Shown: positions 15,246 to 25,011 of the stretch, in pieces
Numbering within the stretch: position 1 is the stretch's first letter
Layout of the letters: every line of letters begins with the position of its first letter
DNA from: Sulfurimonas sp.
GTDB lineage: Bacteria; Campylobacterota; Campylobacteria; Campylobacterales; Sulfurimonadaceae
Assembly: GCA_026988245.1 (NCBI GenBank)
Contig: JALSLR010000014.1
Coordinates: 6,660 to 70,659 of the forward strand
Reading direction: 5' to 3'
DNA length: 64,000 bases
Made by a program: the position numbers and the translations under genes
The notes under the pieces: model-generated
Seen by the model: only the letters and a program-made list of their open reading frames with translations
Databases searched by the model: none
What the model was told of the DNA's origin: nothing

Positions 15246-16610
15246 TTATACTCCATCAACGCGGAGGGCTTTGTCTTTTCCTATCATCATATCTACTGTT
15301 TTTTGTATGCGTATCCATACAGATTCTTGTCTATACTCAATGTTATGTTTACGACACACTTCTTTTACAAGTGGTTGCATTTTTTGTTGGTAAGACTGCG
15401 GTGTATTTGGAAACAAATGATGCTCTATCTGGTAGTTTAAAAAACCATGTGTAAAGTCTATGAGGTCACTTCCTGTATTGTAGTTAACGCTTCCCATGAT
15501 TTGTCTAAGATAGAACTCGCCTTGAGATTTGTGTGGCTCTGAGAACTGGTAAATATCTCCAGCAGAGTGGTTAGGAACGATGACTAAAAATGAGTGAAGA
15601 TTTGCGTATGCTTCAGCCATTACAAGTATGATAAATGCACTCCAAACTGCACCCCATCCAAGAGGTAAAAACAGAAGTGGCATACCAACAAACTGAAAAA
15701 GTCCGTATGGAAGATAAAAATCTTTCCATAGTTTTCTTCCTGTGTCGTTTGTTGGAAGGTAGTTATACTCAGTAGTTTCAGGTTGCTTGTTTATGCGTCT
15801 TTCTTTGTTGTCTAAAATTCTCATCGTATTTGGAGCATAGTAGATGAACTTCCATACCATAGCAAAAGCATAGACTACTAGTTTTTTTGCCCAATATGGC
15901 GCTGGTGAAGTGATGAGCCATTGAAGATTTTTCTCAACATTGTCTGGGTCATCATTTTCACCTAAATGGTAGTGGTGCATAATGTTGTGTTCATACTCCC
16001 AAGCATCTGGTTTAATCCAGTCTAGCCAGTCTACAAAACGTCTTGTTCCACGAGCATAGCCTTTTTTCTTGTATTTTAAAGGTACATTTGGAACTTTGTC
16101 ATAAGCCCCATGAAGGATAGGGTGAGTTATATCTGCCCATCTAGTAACATTACCCACCCCTATGAGTACAGCTGCTATGATGCCAAGAGTCCAAAAGCCA
16201 AAAGAACCAAGTCCAGCTGAGAGCTCTAAGGCAGTGACAACATAAATCATAAAAAAGCCTAAGTATGTAGCTCCACGCGACCAGCGTTCAAGTTTAAGAA
16301 GGTGCTGAAAATCCTCTTGTCCAACTGGACCTATCTTTTCTTTGATATCTTCTATATCTTTTTGAAGTAGGTCTTTATCTATATCTTCATACTTAGTATA
16401 TACATGGTCAGCTGGTAATGCTTCAAATGTTTGTTGTGTAGGTGATACATCTTTTACCTCTTCAAATATATGCGTCTCATGTTGTGCTTCTTCAGCCCAA
16501 ATCTCTTCTTGTTTCGCAATCTCTTGTGCTTCTTCGTTTGAGATTATAGCTTCTCTTGCTTCTCTTTGTTCGATGATATCATCTAAAGATTTTTCTGGAT
16601 TGTTTGACAA
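15246..16610 (-). CDS. Membrane fatty-acid (acyl-CoA/acyl-lipid) desaturase, DesA3/DesB-like
   Basis: Three His boxes: HPILH, HNIMHH, QIEHH. TTG start with GGGGG RBS. Confidence 0.88.
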   Translation of the reverse strand: MSNNPEKSLDDIIEQREAREAIISNEEAQEIAKQEEIWAEEAQHETHIFEEVKDVSPTQQTFEALPADHVYTKYEDIDKDLLQKDIEDIKEKIGPVGQEDFQHLLKLERWSRGATYLGFFMIYVVTALELSAGLGSFGFWTLGIIAAVLIGVGNVTRWADITHPILHGAYDKVPNVPLKYKKKGYARGTRRFVDWLDWIKPDAWEYEHNIMHHYHLGENDDPDNVEKNLQWLITSPAPYWAKKLVVYAFAMVWKFIYYAPNTMRILDNKERRINKQPETTEYNYLPTNDTGRKLWKDFYLPYGLFQFVGMPLLFLPLGWGAVWSAFIILVMAEAYANLHSFLVIVPNHSAGDIYQFSEPHKSQGEFYLRQIMGSVNYNTGSDLIDFTHGFLNYQIEHHLFPNTPQSYQQKMQPLVKEVCRKHNIEYRQESVWIRIQKTVDMMIGKDKALRVDGV

Positions 16611-16859
16611 AACAAGCCCCCTTTATAGTAGTGGTTCAAATTATAATTTGTATTATATATAAATATACTTTAGAAACACTTTCATACATCAAGATTTACT
16701 TTAAAAACTCTTGAAGCTACTAGTAGCTCCTGCGAATTTTCGCCTTGTATTAGCATATTTGCTATAATGCTGAGGATACAAGGGTTTTTAGAGGTGCCCT
16801 TAAGTATAATAAACAGTATTTTAGATAAAATAGCAACAATTAATAATACGGGAGATTCA

Positions 16860-17780
16860 ATGGACGCAGCCAAATATATTTGGATGAATGGGGAGTTCGT
16901 AGCATGGGATGATGCTAAGATACATGTACTTTCTCACACTTTACACTATGGAAATGGAGTTATAGAAGGTACAAAAGCTTATAAAACTGAAAAAGGTTAT
17001 GCAATATTTCGTTTAAATGAGCATACAGCAAGACTCAAAGAGTCTGCTAAAATGACGCTTATAGATATACCTTACTCTGTTGAAGAGATGAATAAGGCTC
17101 AGATAGAACTTATAAGAAAAAATGAATTTACAGGGGAAAATGTTTACCTAAGACCTTTCGCATTTTTAGGTTATGGTGTGATGGGTGTATACCATAAAGA
17201 TGCACCAGTTGAGACTGTAATGTCTGCTTGGGAATGGGGCGCTTACTTAGGAGAAGAGGGTTTAAAAAGTGGTATAAAACTTAAAATAGCTTCTATGACA
17301 AGACCTGCAAATACTTCAAATATGGGTAAGGCAAAAGCATCTGCGAACTACTTAAATTCTCAAATGGCTAAGTTTGAAGCTATAGACTGTGGATACGATG
17401 AAGCTTTACTTTTAGATGATCAAGGTTATGTTGCCGAAGCTAGTGGTGCATGTTTTTTCATGGTGAAAAATGGCGAGCTTATAACGCCGCCAAATGACAA
17501 TTCTTTAGCGAGCATAACTCAAAAAATGGTTATAGAGATGGCGGAAGATTTTGGTATAAAGGTAACTCGAAGACGTATTACTCGTGAAGAGGTCTATGTA
17601 GCTGATGAGGCATTTTTAACAGGGACTGCTGCTGAGATAACTCCAGTTGCAATGGTTGATGCTAGAGAGATAGGGTGTGGAAGTCGCGGTGAGATGACTG
17701 AGAAAATTCAGTCAACTTATTTTGATATCGTATTTGGTAGAAATGCTAAGTATGAGCACTATTTAACATATATAGACTAG
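16860..17780 (+). CDS. ilvE: Branched-chain amino acid aminotransferase
   Basis: 'HVLSHTLHYGNGVIEG', 'KAKASANYLNS', 'EEVYVADEAFLTGTAAE'. Start moved to ATG 16860 after GGAG. Confidence 0.95.
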   Translation: MDAAKYIWMNGEFVAWDDAKIHVLSHTLHYGNGVIEGTKAYKTEKGYAIFRLNEHTARLKESAKMTLIDIPYSVEEMNKAQIELIRKNEFTGENVYLRPFAFLGYGVMGVYHKDAPVETVMSAWEWGAYLGEEGLKSGIKLKIASMTRPANTSNMGKAKASANYLNSQMAKFEAIDCGYDEALLLDDQGYVAEASGACFFMVKNGELITPPNDNSLASITQKMVIEMAEDFGIKVTRRRITREEVYVADEAFLTGTAAEITPVAMVDAREIGCGSRGEMTEKIQSTYFDIVFGRNAKYEHYLTYID

Positions 17781-17895
17781 ATTCCGTGTCAAGCACGGAA
17801 TGACGGATTGGGGCTCGTCATTCGAAACAGTTCATCATTCGAAACAGTTCGTCATTCTGAACTTGTACCACAAGGGTATGATAATTCAGAATCTA
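17777..17895. repeat. Second REP/REPIN-like element with internal 17-bp tandem repeat and loop insertion
   Basis: CTAG-ATTCCGTGTCAAGCACGGAATGAC ... GTCATTCTGAACTTG[taccacaagggtatgata]ATTCAGAATCT. Units C(G/A)TCATTCGAAACAGTT at 17816 and 17833. Confidence 0.8.
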
Positions 17896-17942
17896 ATAAA
17901 ACAACAAAATAAGGAAAAAAATAAATGAAGGAAAATATAAAA

Positions 17943-19043
17943 ATGGCATCAGATATGAACGATTATTTTAACAAGAAAAAATCTCAAGGCAATGGCTCTG
18001 GGAATGGTGGAGGAAACTCTGGTGGTGGTTTTGGTGGAGGTGGCAATGGTCCACAAATGCCAAAAATTGATTTAAACTTTGGTGGCGGTAAAGCTGGATT
18101 AGTTTACTTTTTAATCGCAATAGTTTTAATGCTAGTGCTTGCAAAACCTTTCACTATCATCGAAGAGGGGCAACGTGGAATTTTAAGTACTAATGGTAAG
18201 TATCAAGACCAAGCCTTGCTTCCAGGTCTTCACTTTATCATCCCAGTGATTCAAAAAGTTTATGTTGTTGATACTAAAGTTCGTATCATTAACTATGCAT
18301 CACGTATAGAAGCGAGCGGTGGAAGTAGATCTGGGATTGGTTCTAAGCCTGCTATTACAGTTCTTGACAAGCGTGGTCTTCCTGTTAGTATAGAACTTAC
18401 TGTACAGTATAGACTTGATGCTAGATATGCAGCACAAACTATCTCTAACTGGGGATTCTCTTGGGAAGATAAAATCATCAATCCTGTTGTTCGTGATGTT
18501 GTACGTAATGTTGTTGGTAAGTATGATGCAGAGTCTCTTCCTCAACTTAGAAACACTATAGCAGACGCCATAGAAACAGGAATCCGTGATAGTGTATCTG
18601 GACTTAAAAATTCTCCTGCAGACCTACAGTCAGTACAGCTTCGTGAAATTGTTTTACCTACTAAGGTTAAAGAGCAAATTGAAGCTGTTCAAATAGCAAA
18701 ACAAGCTGTACAAAAAGCAGAACAAGATGTACAACGTGTAAAACAAGAAGCGTTGAAACGTGCTGCTGAAGCACAAGGTATAGCTCAAAAGAAAAGAATT
18801 GAAGCACAAGGTATAGCTGATTCTGTAACTATTCAAGCAGATGCAAAAGCAAAAGCAAATATGCTCATAAGCAAATCATTGACATCTAAACTTTTACAGT
18901 TAGAGCAGATGAAAGTTCAAGCTGGGTTTAATGATGCCCTTCGTGCAAATAAAGATGCAAAAATCTTCTTAACGCCTGGTGGGTCAACTCCAAATATTTG
19001 GGTAGATATGAAAAACCCACAAAAAAGAAGCTCGGCTCAATAG
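17943..19043 (+). CDS. SPFH/prohibitin (band 7) family membrane protein
   Basis: Gly-rich N-terminus, one TM, 'LLPGLHFIIPVIQ', coiled coil. Alternative start at 17925. Confidence 0.88.
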   Translation: MASDMNDYFNKKKSQGNGSGNGGGNSGGGFGGGGNGPQMPKIDLNFGGGKAGLVYFLIAIVLMLVLAKPFTIIEEGQRGILSTNGKYQDQALLPGLHFIIPVIQKVYVVDTKVRIINYASRIEASGGSRSGIGSKPAITVLDKRGLPVSIELTVQYRLDARYAAQTISNWGFSWEDKIINPVVRDVVRNVVGKYDAESLPQLRNTIADAIETGIRDSVSGLKNSPADLQSVQLREIVLPTKVKEQIEAVQIAKQAVQKAEQDVQRVKQEALKRAAEAQGIAQKKRIEAQGIADSVTIQADAKAKANMLISKSLTSKLLQLEQMKVQAGFNDALRANKDAKIFLTPGGSTPNIWVDMKNPQKRSSAQ

Positions 19044-19045
19044 TG

Positions 19046-19729
19046 ATGCAGGAGATATTAAACAGGGTAGATTGGGAGAAAAGTGAACTTCTTCCTGTCA
19101 TCGTTCAAGAAGTCGGCACTAACGAAATCTTAATGATGGCATATATGGACAAAGAAGCATTAACTCTTTCCCTTGAAACTAAGATTGCGCATTATTTCTC
19201 AAGAAGCAAGCAACGCATTTGGAAAAAAGGTGAGTCAAGTGGACATATCCAAGAGATACACTCTTTTAATATCGACTGCGATAACGATACCCTTCTTATA
19301 AAAGTGACTCAAACGGGCGTAGCTTGTCATACTGGACGAAAATCTTGCTTTTTTACAGAGTTAGAGTCTGGTGAGACACAAGGTGAAGTTAAAGTGAGTT
19401 CTGAGGCTCTTTATGGAGTCATAGACACGCTTTACCATACTATCCAAGAGCGTAAACTTGCAGACCCAACTACATCATGGACAGCGAAGCTAATCCATAA
19501 AGGTGAAAATACAATTTTGAAAAAAGTTGTAGAAGAAGCTGGAGAATTTGCCTTTGCCTATAAAGATGATGATGAAAAAGAGATGATTTATGAAGCAGCA
19601 GATTTAACCTATCATATGTTGGTTGCCCTTGCTGTGAAAAACATCTCACCAGATAGAATCAAACAAGAGTTAGCAAGAAGGTTTGATATGAGTGGGATAG
19701 CTGAGAAAAATTCAAGAGAAGATACTTAG
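19046..19729 (+). CDS. hisIE: Bifunctional phosphoribosyl-AMP cyclohydrolase/phosphoribosyl-ATP pyrophosphatase
   Basis: 'YFSRSKQRIWKKGESSG', 'DCDNDTLL', 'ACHTGRKSCF', 'KKVVEEAGE', 'YEAADL'. Confidence 0.95.
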   Translation: MQEILNRVDWEKSELLPVIVQEVGTNEILMMAYMDKEALTLSLETKIAHYFSRSKQRIWKKGESSGHIQEIHSFNIDCDNDTLLIKVTQTGVACHTGRKSCFFTELESGETQGEVKVSSEALYGVIDTLYHTIQERKLADPTTSWTAKLIHKGENTILKKVVEEAGEFAFAYKDDDEKEMIYEAADLTYHMLVALAVKNISPDRIKQELARRFDMSGIAEKNSREDT

Positions 19730-19737
19730 TAGAGAAG

Positions 19738-20250
19738 ATGAAGCACAAAATACTAGATTTTATGGACTCGCTCATAAAGTATGATTATATTTTATTTGCT
19801 AGTATATTTTTCGTATTTTTTTTATTTATTGTGTTGGCACTTGTTTTTAGAAGAAAAGCTAGATTATCTATATTTTTAGTACTCTTTGCCTTCGTGTTTT
19901 TAATGGTGTCACCAATCGTTGGTTATGCGAAACTTCATACGTATCTTTTTAAAAATGAATTAACACTTACTTCAGAGAAAAAACTTCAATTTACAAAGGC
20001 TGTAGTTGTCTTAGGAAAATTAAAAAATACTTCGCAAAGAGATTTTGAAGCATGTCTCATAACAGCTATAGTCACGAGAGCAAGTGAAAATAAATATAAA
20101 AATTATATCTATGGATTAAAGCCTATTATGAAAATGTCGATTGTTGAAGAAGATATAGTTATGGGCAACGAGATAGGGTTTAAGCTTATAGTAGAACCTT
20201 TTACCTATACAAAAAAATATAATATTGCACTAGAGGCGGACTGTAGATGA
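19738..20250 (+). CDS. DUF2393 family membrane protein
   Basis: Two N-terminal TMs plus an Ig-like soluble domain. Typical Campylobacterota position after hisIE. Confidence 0.7.
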   Translation: MKHKILDFMDSLIKYDYILFASIFFVFFLFIVLALVFRRKARLSIFLVLFAFVFLMVSPIVGYAKLHTYLFKNELTLTSEKKLQFTKAVVVLGKLKNTSQRDFEACLITAIVTRASENKYKNYIYGLKPIMKMSIVEEDIVMGNEIGFKLIVEPFTYTKKYNIALEADCR

Positions 20251-20792
20251 CACTTTTTAATTATTGGCACTTTGTAGTGTTTGGCGTATTGCTTTTAATC
20301 TTGATTGGTGGAGTTATTGCTTCATTGAAGCAACCCGTGAAAAAACTAGTTGCTCCGATGATAATGTCTGTTACTTTAATAGTTACCTTAATCGCCGGAT
20401 TTTCAGTTGTAGTGGTTGATAAGTATACTAAAAAAGCAAGTTTGCACAAATTAAAAAATAAACGATTGTTAAGTAGTGAAAAAATTATCTATACGGGGAT
20501 AGTATCTAATGATGGCTTGCATGAGATAGGGACAGTAACCTTTGAGATAAAAATAGTCAATAAAGGACATGCTACGGGTAATGTTAAGGGTGGTAACTTT
20601 TATAAAGCAAGTGGTTTCTTTGACTTTTTTAGTGGTGGTGCAAACATCCTTTATCGCCCTCAAACCATCACAAAAGAGTTTGTAGTCGCAAAAAACTTAA
20701 AACCAGGACAAGCAAAAGCATTTAGAGTTTATTTTGATTATCCACCATATTTTAAGCAGGTTTCTCAATTTGCAAAGTTATATTCACATTAG
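20247..20792 (+). CDS. DUF2393 family membrane protein (tandem paralog)
   Basis: 'MTLFNYWHF', two TMs, 'LKPGQAKAFRVYFDYPPYF'. Confidence 0.7.
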   Translation: MTLFNYWHFVVFGVLLLILIGGVIASLKQPVKKLVAPMIMSVTLIVTLIAGFSVVVVDKYTKKASLHKLKNKRLLSSEKIIYTGIVSNDGLHEIGTVTFEIKIVNKGHATGNVKGGNFYKASGFFDFFSGGANILYRPQTITKEFVVAKNLKPGQAKAFRVYFDYPPYFKQVSQFAKLYSH

Positions 20793-20830
20793 CTCTTCTA
20801 TATCTGAATTTAAAAATGATACATAACTCA

Positions 20831-21790
20831 CTAATATTTTAAGCCTAAGGGTTTTAAAGCTTTATTGATATTTTTTACTTGAGTGTTTTTGTCTCTACAC
20901 CATGCAGGAGCTAAAAGTGCATCTTCATCAAGTCCAGCTGTCACTCGTTGGACTGATACATTTTCGGGTTTCATTAAGAGCGATTGAGTAAGCACATCTA
21001 AGTAGACTTCTTCGCTTATGGGTGTAAAGTCTCCACGAATATATTCATTGGCTAAAGCTGTTTTTTTAACGACATATAAGGGGTGATATTTTACGGAGTC
21101 TATCCCCCATTCATATGCTTGTTTTGAGGTCTCTAGCATCATAGCTTTGTCTTCATTTGGAAGTCCAAATATAAGGTGTCCACATACGTTTAGCCCAACT
21201 TCTTTAGATTTTAATATCCATTTTTTTACATTATCACTATCATGACCACGATTGATGCGTTTAAGTGTTTCATCATATATAGACTGTATGCCAAACTCTA
21301 TCCATATCTCTTTGTCTTTGTTTAATGATGCTAAGTAGTTTAGCGTCTCATCTGTTATGCTATCAGAGCGAGTTCCTATACTAAGACCTACCACATTATC
21401 AAATGACAAGGCTTTTTCATAAAGCGCTTTGAGTGTCTCAAAAGGTGCATAAGTATTTGTAAACGACTGAAAATAAACTATAAACTTTTCAGCTCCATAT
21501 TCTCTTTTTTGACGAGCAGATATGGCAGAAAATTGTTGTTCTAGCTGTAATAATTGTTTCCCTAAGTAAGGGTTCTCTTTTGAGTCTAAGTTAAGATGAA
21601 AACCTTTGAGTTCCTGAGTCTCACCAGTGCTTGCTGAAAAAGAATCGTTTTCACAAAAAGTACACCCACCCTTAGCAACTGTACCATCAATATTTGGGCA
21701 AGTGAAACCAGAGATGTTGATGCCGACCTTATACACTTTACAAGAAAACTTGTTTTTTAAATAGTTTCCATAGGTAAAAATCTGTTTCAT
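20831..21790 (-). CDS. TIGR01212 (YhcC-like) radical SAM protein
   Basis: 'GFTCPNIDGTVAKGGCTFC', 'YFQSFTNTY', 'RINRGHD'. Confidence 0.92.
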   Translation of the reverse strand: MKQIFTYGNYLKNKFSCKVYKVGINISGFTCPNIDGTVAKGGCTFCENDSFSASTGETQELKGFHLNLDSKENPYLGKQLLQLEQQFSAISARQKREYGAEKFIVYFQSFTNTYAPFETLKALYEKALSFDNVVGLSIGTRSDSITDETLNYLASLNKDKEIWIEFGIQSIYDETLKRINRGHDSDNVKKWILKSKEVGLNVCGHLIFGLPNEDKAMMLETSKQAYEWGIDSVKYHPLYVVKKTALANEYIRGDFTPISEEVYLDVLTQSLLMKPENVSVQRVTAGLDEDALLAPAWCRDKNTQVKNINKALKPLGLKY

Positions 21791-21804
21791 AAAAATCTAA
21801 CTAG

Positions 21805-23160
21805 TTAAACTATGTACTTGCCAGTAAAACACGCTGTACAATACTCATCATTTTTGGCATTTACGCTTCTTAGAAGGGAGGCTTCATCTAGATATGCTAG
21901 AGAATCAGCACCTATATAGTCGCAAATCTCTTCTGTAGACATATTTGCTGCTATGAGTTTGTCTTTATCTGGAGTGTCAACGCCATAGTAACAGGGGTCA
22001 GTTGTAGGTGGTGAAGATACACGCATATGTACCTCACTTGCACCTGCTTCTTTTAACATTCTTACTATGCGTCTTGAAGTAGTTCCACGAACTATAGAGT
22101 CATCTATAACGACTACACGTTTGTCTTTAATGATGTCAGTCATAGGGGAGAGTTTCATTTTTACTTTTAAGTCACGCATCTCTTGAGTTGGTTCTATAAA
22201 TGTACGACCTATGTAGTGGTTACGCATAATTCCCATCTCATAAGGTATGCCACTCTCTTGTGCATAACCTATAGCAGAAGGAACTCCGCCATCAGGAACA
22301 GGGATGACAACATCAGCTTCAACTGGAGCGATGTTGGCTAACTCCTTACCCATCTCTTTTCTAGCCTTATACACAGACTGACCAAAAACAGAGGAATCTG
22401 GACGAGCAAAGTATACATACTCAAATATACAGTGTTTAGGAGTGGGTTCAAAAACTTTGATACTTTTAGGCTCTTTTGCTCCTGAAAATACTAAGAGTTC
22501 CCCTGGCTCTACATCACGAACAAAGGTAGCACCTACAAGGTCAAAGGCACAAGTCTCACTTGCTACTATATAGCCACCATTTGGAAGTTTTCCAAGACTG
22601 AGTGGACGAAAACCATGTCTGTCACGCATAGCAAACATTTTGGTACGACTCAAAAAGACTAAAGAAAAAGCACCCTCTATACGTTGGACAGCATCTATGA
22701 TTCTGTCTATGAGTTTTTCTTGTTCACTCTTTGCGATAAGGTGGATGAGATTTTCTGTATCCATAAAGGTTTGAAATATCGCACCTTTTTGGATGAGTTT
22801 ATTACGAACCTCTTCAGCATTTGTCAGGTTACCGTTGTGAACGATAGCCATCTCTCCTAAGTCATAACGAGCAAATACAGGTTGTGCATCAAGGATAGAG
22901 TCATCCCCAGCAGTTGAGTAACGTGTATGCCCAATAGCAGCAGAGCCACTCAGTGTTTTGAGTTTTTCTTCATCAAAGACACGCATAACAAGACCACGTT
23001 TTTTGATTGTATGAAGTTTTTTACCATCAGAAGAGCTGATACCTGCTGCCTCTTGACCACGATGCTGGAGTGAATGAAGTGAAAAATACGCTAGTTTAGA
23101 AGCCTCTTGATGTCCAAATATACCTACTACAGCACATTTTTCATTTAAGTTGTCATGCAA
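21805..23160 (-). CDS. purF: Amidophosphoribosyltransferase
   Basis: Propeptide then 'EKCAVVG', 'LQHRGQEAAG', 'GHTRYST', 'VVIDDSIVRGTT', 'YCTACF'. Confidence 0.97.
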   Translation of the reverse strand: MHDNLNEKCAVVGIFGHQEASKLAYFSLHSLQHRGQEAAGISSSDGKKLHTIKKRGLVMRVFDEEKLKTLSGSAAIGHTRYSTAGDDSILDAQPVFARYDLGEMAIVHNGNLTNAEEVRNKLIQKGAIFQTFMDTENLIHLIAKSEQEKLIDRIIDAVQRIEGAFSLVFLSRTKMFAMRDRHGFRPLSLGKLPNGGYIVASETCAFDLVGATFVRDVEPGELLVFSGAKEPKSIKVFEPTPKHCIFEYVYFARPDSSVFGQSVYKARKEMGKELANIAPVEADVVIPVPDGGVPSAIGYAQESGIPYEMGIMRNHYIGRTFIEPTQEMRDLKVKMKLSPMTDIIKDKRVVVIDDSIVRGTTSRRIVRMLKEAGASEVHMRVSSPPTTDPCYYGVDTPDKDKLIAANMSTEEICDYIGADSLAYLDEASLLRSVNAKNDEYCTACFTGKYIV

Positions 23161-23296
23161 TGCTAAATCCTAATTAAGTTTATGCGCAATTATACTAAAA
23201 TTACTACATAGAAAGTTTAAATATAGAGATTATATCTATTATTAAATGGAACAAAAAATGCTTTAATCTCTCAATAATGTAATGAAAGGTGGGAAT

Positions 23297-24100
23297 ATGG
23301 ATATAGTTCTTCGTAATAACCTCATACTTATCACAACAGGGTTTGAAACACTCAACACATTTTGGATGAAAGATTTTTTAAATCATCATGCAAGAGGGAT
23401 GCTTTTTTTACCAAAGGCAGTATTGGTTTTTAGAAATGAAACACTCACTGAAGTTCGTGAAGAGTTTTTATCCCAGCTTTCTCAACATCATGCAGCTACT
23501 CATGATTTTGATCATCAGTTTTTCTTACGCTCAATGTTAAAGTTCGGTGTCCAGCCAATCAAAATAGAATTAGATAAATTAGAAGAGCAAGAGAGTGTTA
23601 AGGTGCACCTGTATGCGTATGATAAAAACACTGTCTTGATATCATTAAAGTATCCAAATTCTTGGGTAATTAACTATCTTCGCTCTCAACTTGAAGTCTA
23701 TGTTGAACGTGGTACTGATGTAAGTCTAGTAGTGGATGTGAGTGATTATAAGGCAAAAACTAGACTTGAACGTGCGCTGAACAAAAGACATATCTTGCAC
23801 TATCAAATTCAATATACTTATGACAATCATTTTATGAGTAAACTTTATAGTGATTTTGCAAACTTTAGTTTTGGTGATCTGTGTCGTGAGGCAGAGGAAG
23901 AAGCGAACAATAAGTTTTATACAGTCCTAGAATGTCCAATAGGGGCTTCGCAAGATGCTTTGAAAAAGAGTTATAAAAAACTTGTAAAAGTGTACCATCC
24001 AGATAAAATCATACATGAAAATCCACATATGGTGCACCACTATACACAAAAGTTTCAACTTCTTACAGAAGCTTATGAAGCTTTGAGAATAGTGTCTTAG
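23297..24100 (+). CDS. Protein with C-terminal DnaJ (J) domain
   Basis: 'FYTVLECPIGASQDALKKSYKKLVKVYHPD...FQLLTEAYEAL'. Start ATG 23297 after AAGGTGGG. Confidence 0.8.
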   Translation: MDIVLRNNLILITTGFETLNTFWMKDFLNHHARGMLFLPKAVLVFRNETLTEVREEFLSQLSQHHAATHDFDHQFFLRSMLKFGVQPIKIELDKLEEQESVKVHLYAYDKNTVLISLKYPNSWVINYLRSQLEVYVERGTDVSLVVDVSDYKAKTRLERALNKRHILHYQIQYTYDNHFMSKLYSDFANFSFGDLCREAEEEANNKFYTVLECPIGASQDALKKSYKKLVKVYHPDKIIHENPHMVHHYTQKFQLLTEAYEALRIVS

Positions 24101-24102
24101 TC

Positions 24103-25011
24103 TTATCTGCTCTTTAAAAGAGCTTTAAAGTCATCGGCACTATAAAGCGCTAAACTCGCTCCCTCTAAGCTTCGCAACTCTTTTGAAAATCCCCTTTTTG
24201 AAAAAAAGATAGTTTGTGTTGGTTTCAATCCAAGTTTTTCACATTTTTCATTGAGTTTATGTAGCTCTTTTTTATTGACTTTATGATTTGTCCATTTACA
24301 TTCACCTACATAGACATCACCCTTGTTTGTAATTGTTAGGATGTCAATCTCTATATTCATATTCCAGTAACTGCCACTTGTAAGTATTTGTGCATCTCTT
24401 AGGTTATAGTTTAGCAGGAGCGCGGAGAGTTCTTCAAAAACTAAAGAGGTGTATTGGCTCTGTTTGTCATCAAAAAAGCTAAAAAAATCATAAAGCTCCC
24501 CTTTTTGGATTTTTTGTTTAAATGGGGAGATAAAATAAAACCAAAACCTTATGATGGGGTGATTAAAAAGTACTTTATGAGATATACGATGTCGGGCTAG
24601 TTCTCGTTTGAGTTTGCTGTTTGGATATAAATCTTTTGGATGTTTCTCTCGTGAATACTCCATTGAGATGAGACCTTGAAGTTGCAAAAATTCTAAGGCA
24701 CCACCACCATTTCCATTGTTTAAACCAGCTCTTTTAAAAGCGGAAAATATTCGTCTATCTCCAACTGCTAGTGCCTGAAGAAGACGGATGTTAATAGGGT
24801 CATGACCTATGAGCGAAAGAATTTTTTCATTTAAAATATCGAAGTTTTTAATGATGTGAGTATGGATGAGTTCTTTGATGCTAAGTGTAGCGTCAACTTC
24901 TATATCTAGGCCACCAAACACACTAAAGTGCTCTATGAGTGTCTCCATCTCATCATAATAGTTTTTAAAGTAAAAGTTACGAAATTGTTCTATGAGTTGT
25001 TTTTTAAGCAT
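24103..25011 (-). CDS. DUF234-domain / PD-(D/E)XK-like protein
   Basis: 'FNHPIIRFWF', 'VFEEL', 'GSYW..NIEIDIL', 'GECKW'. Start moved to ATG 25011 behind an extended -10. Confidence 0.75.
   Translation of the reverse strand: MLKKQLIEQFRNFYFKNYYDEMETLIEHFSVFGGLDIEVDATLSIKELIHTHIIKNFDILNEKILSLIGHDPINIRLLQALAVGDRRIFSAFKRAGLNNGNGGGALEFLQLQGLISMEYSREKHPKDLYPNSKLKRELARHRISHKVLFNHPIIRFWFYFISPFKQKIQKGELYDFFSFFDDKQSQYTSLVFEELSALLLNYNLRDAQILTSGSYWNMNIEIDILTITNKGDVYVGECKWTNHKVNKKELHKLNEKCEKLGLKPTQTIFFSKRGFSKELRSLEGASLALYSADDFKALLKSR

Noticed and set aside
16767-16859. In-frame 31-codon Ile/Leu/Val-rich extension upstream of ilvE as an attenuator-like leader
   Set aside because: Its ATG overlaps the -10 box (TATAATG) so it would not be transcribed from that promoter. 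It has no SD, and Ile/Leu richness is expected in AT-rich DNA.
17816-17860. 17-bp tandem repeats as a mini-CRISPR
   Set aside because: The units are adjacent with no spacers, no cas genes are present, and they derive from the REP arm.
17990-18050. Gly-rich GGT/GGA repeats in the SPFH gene
   Set aside because: An ordinary low-complexity N-terminal linker of this protein family.
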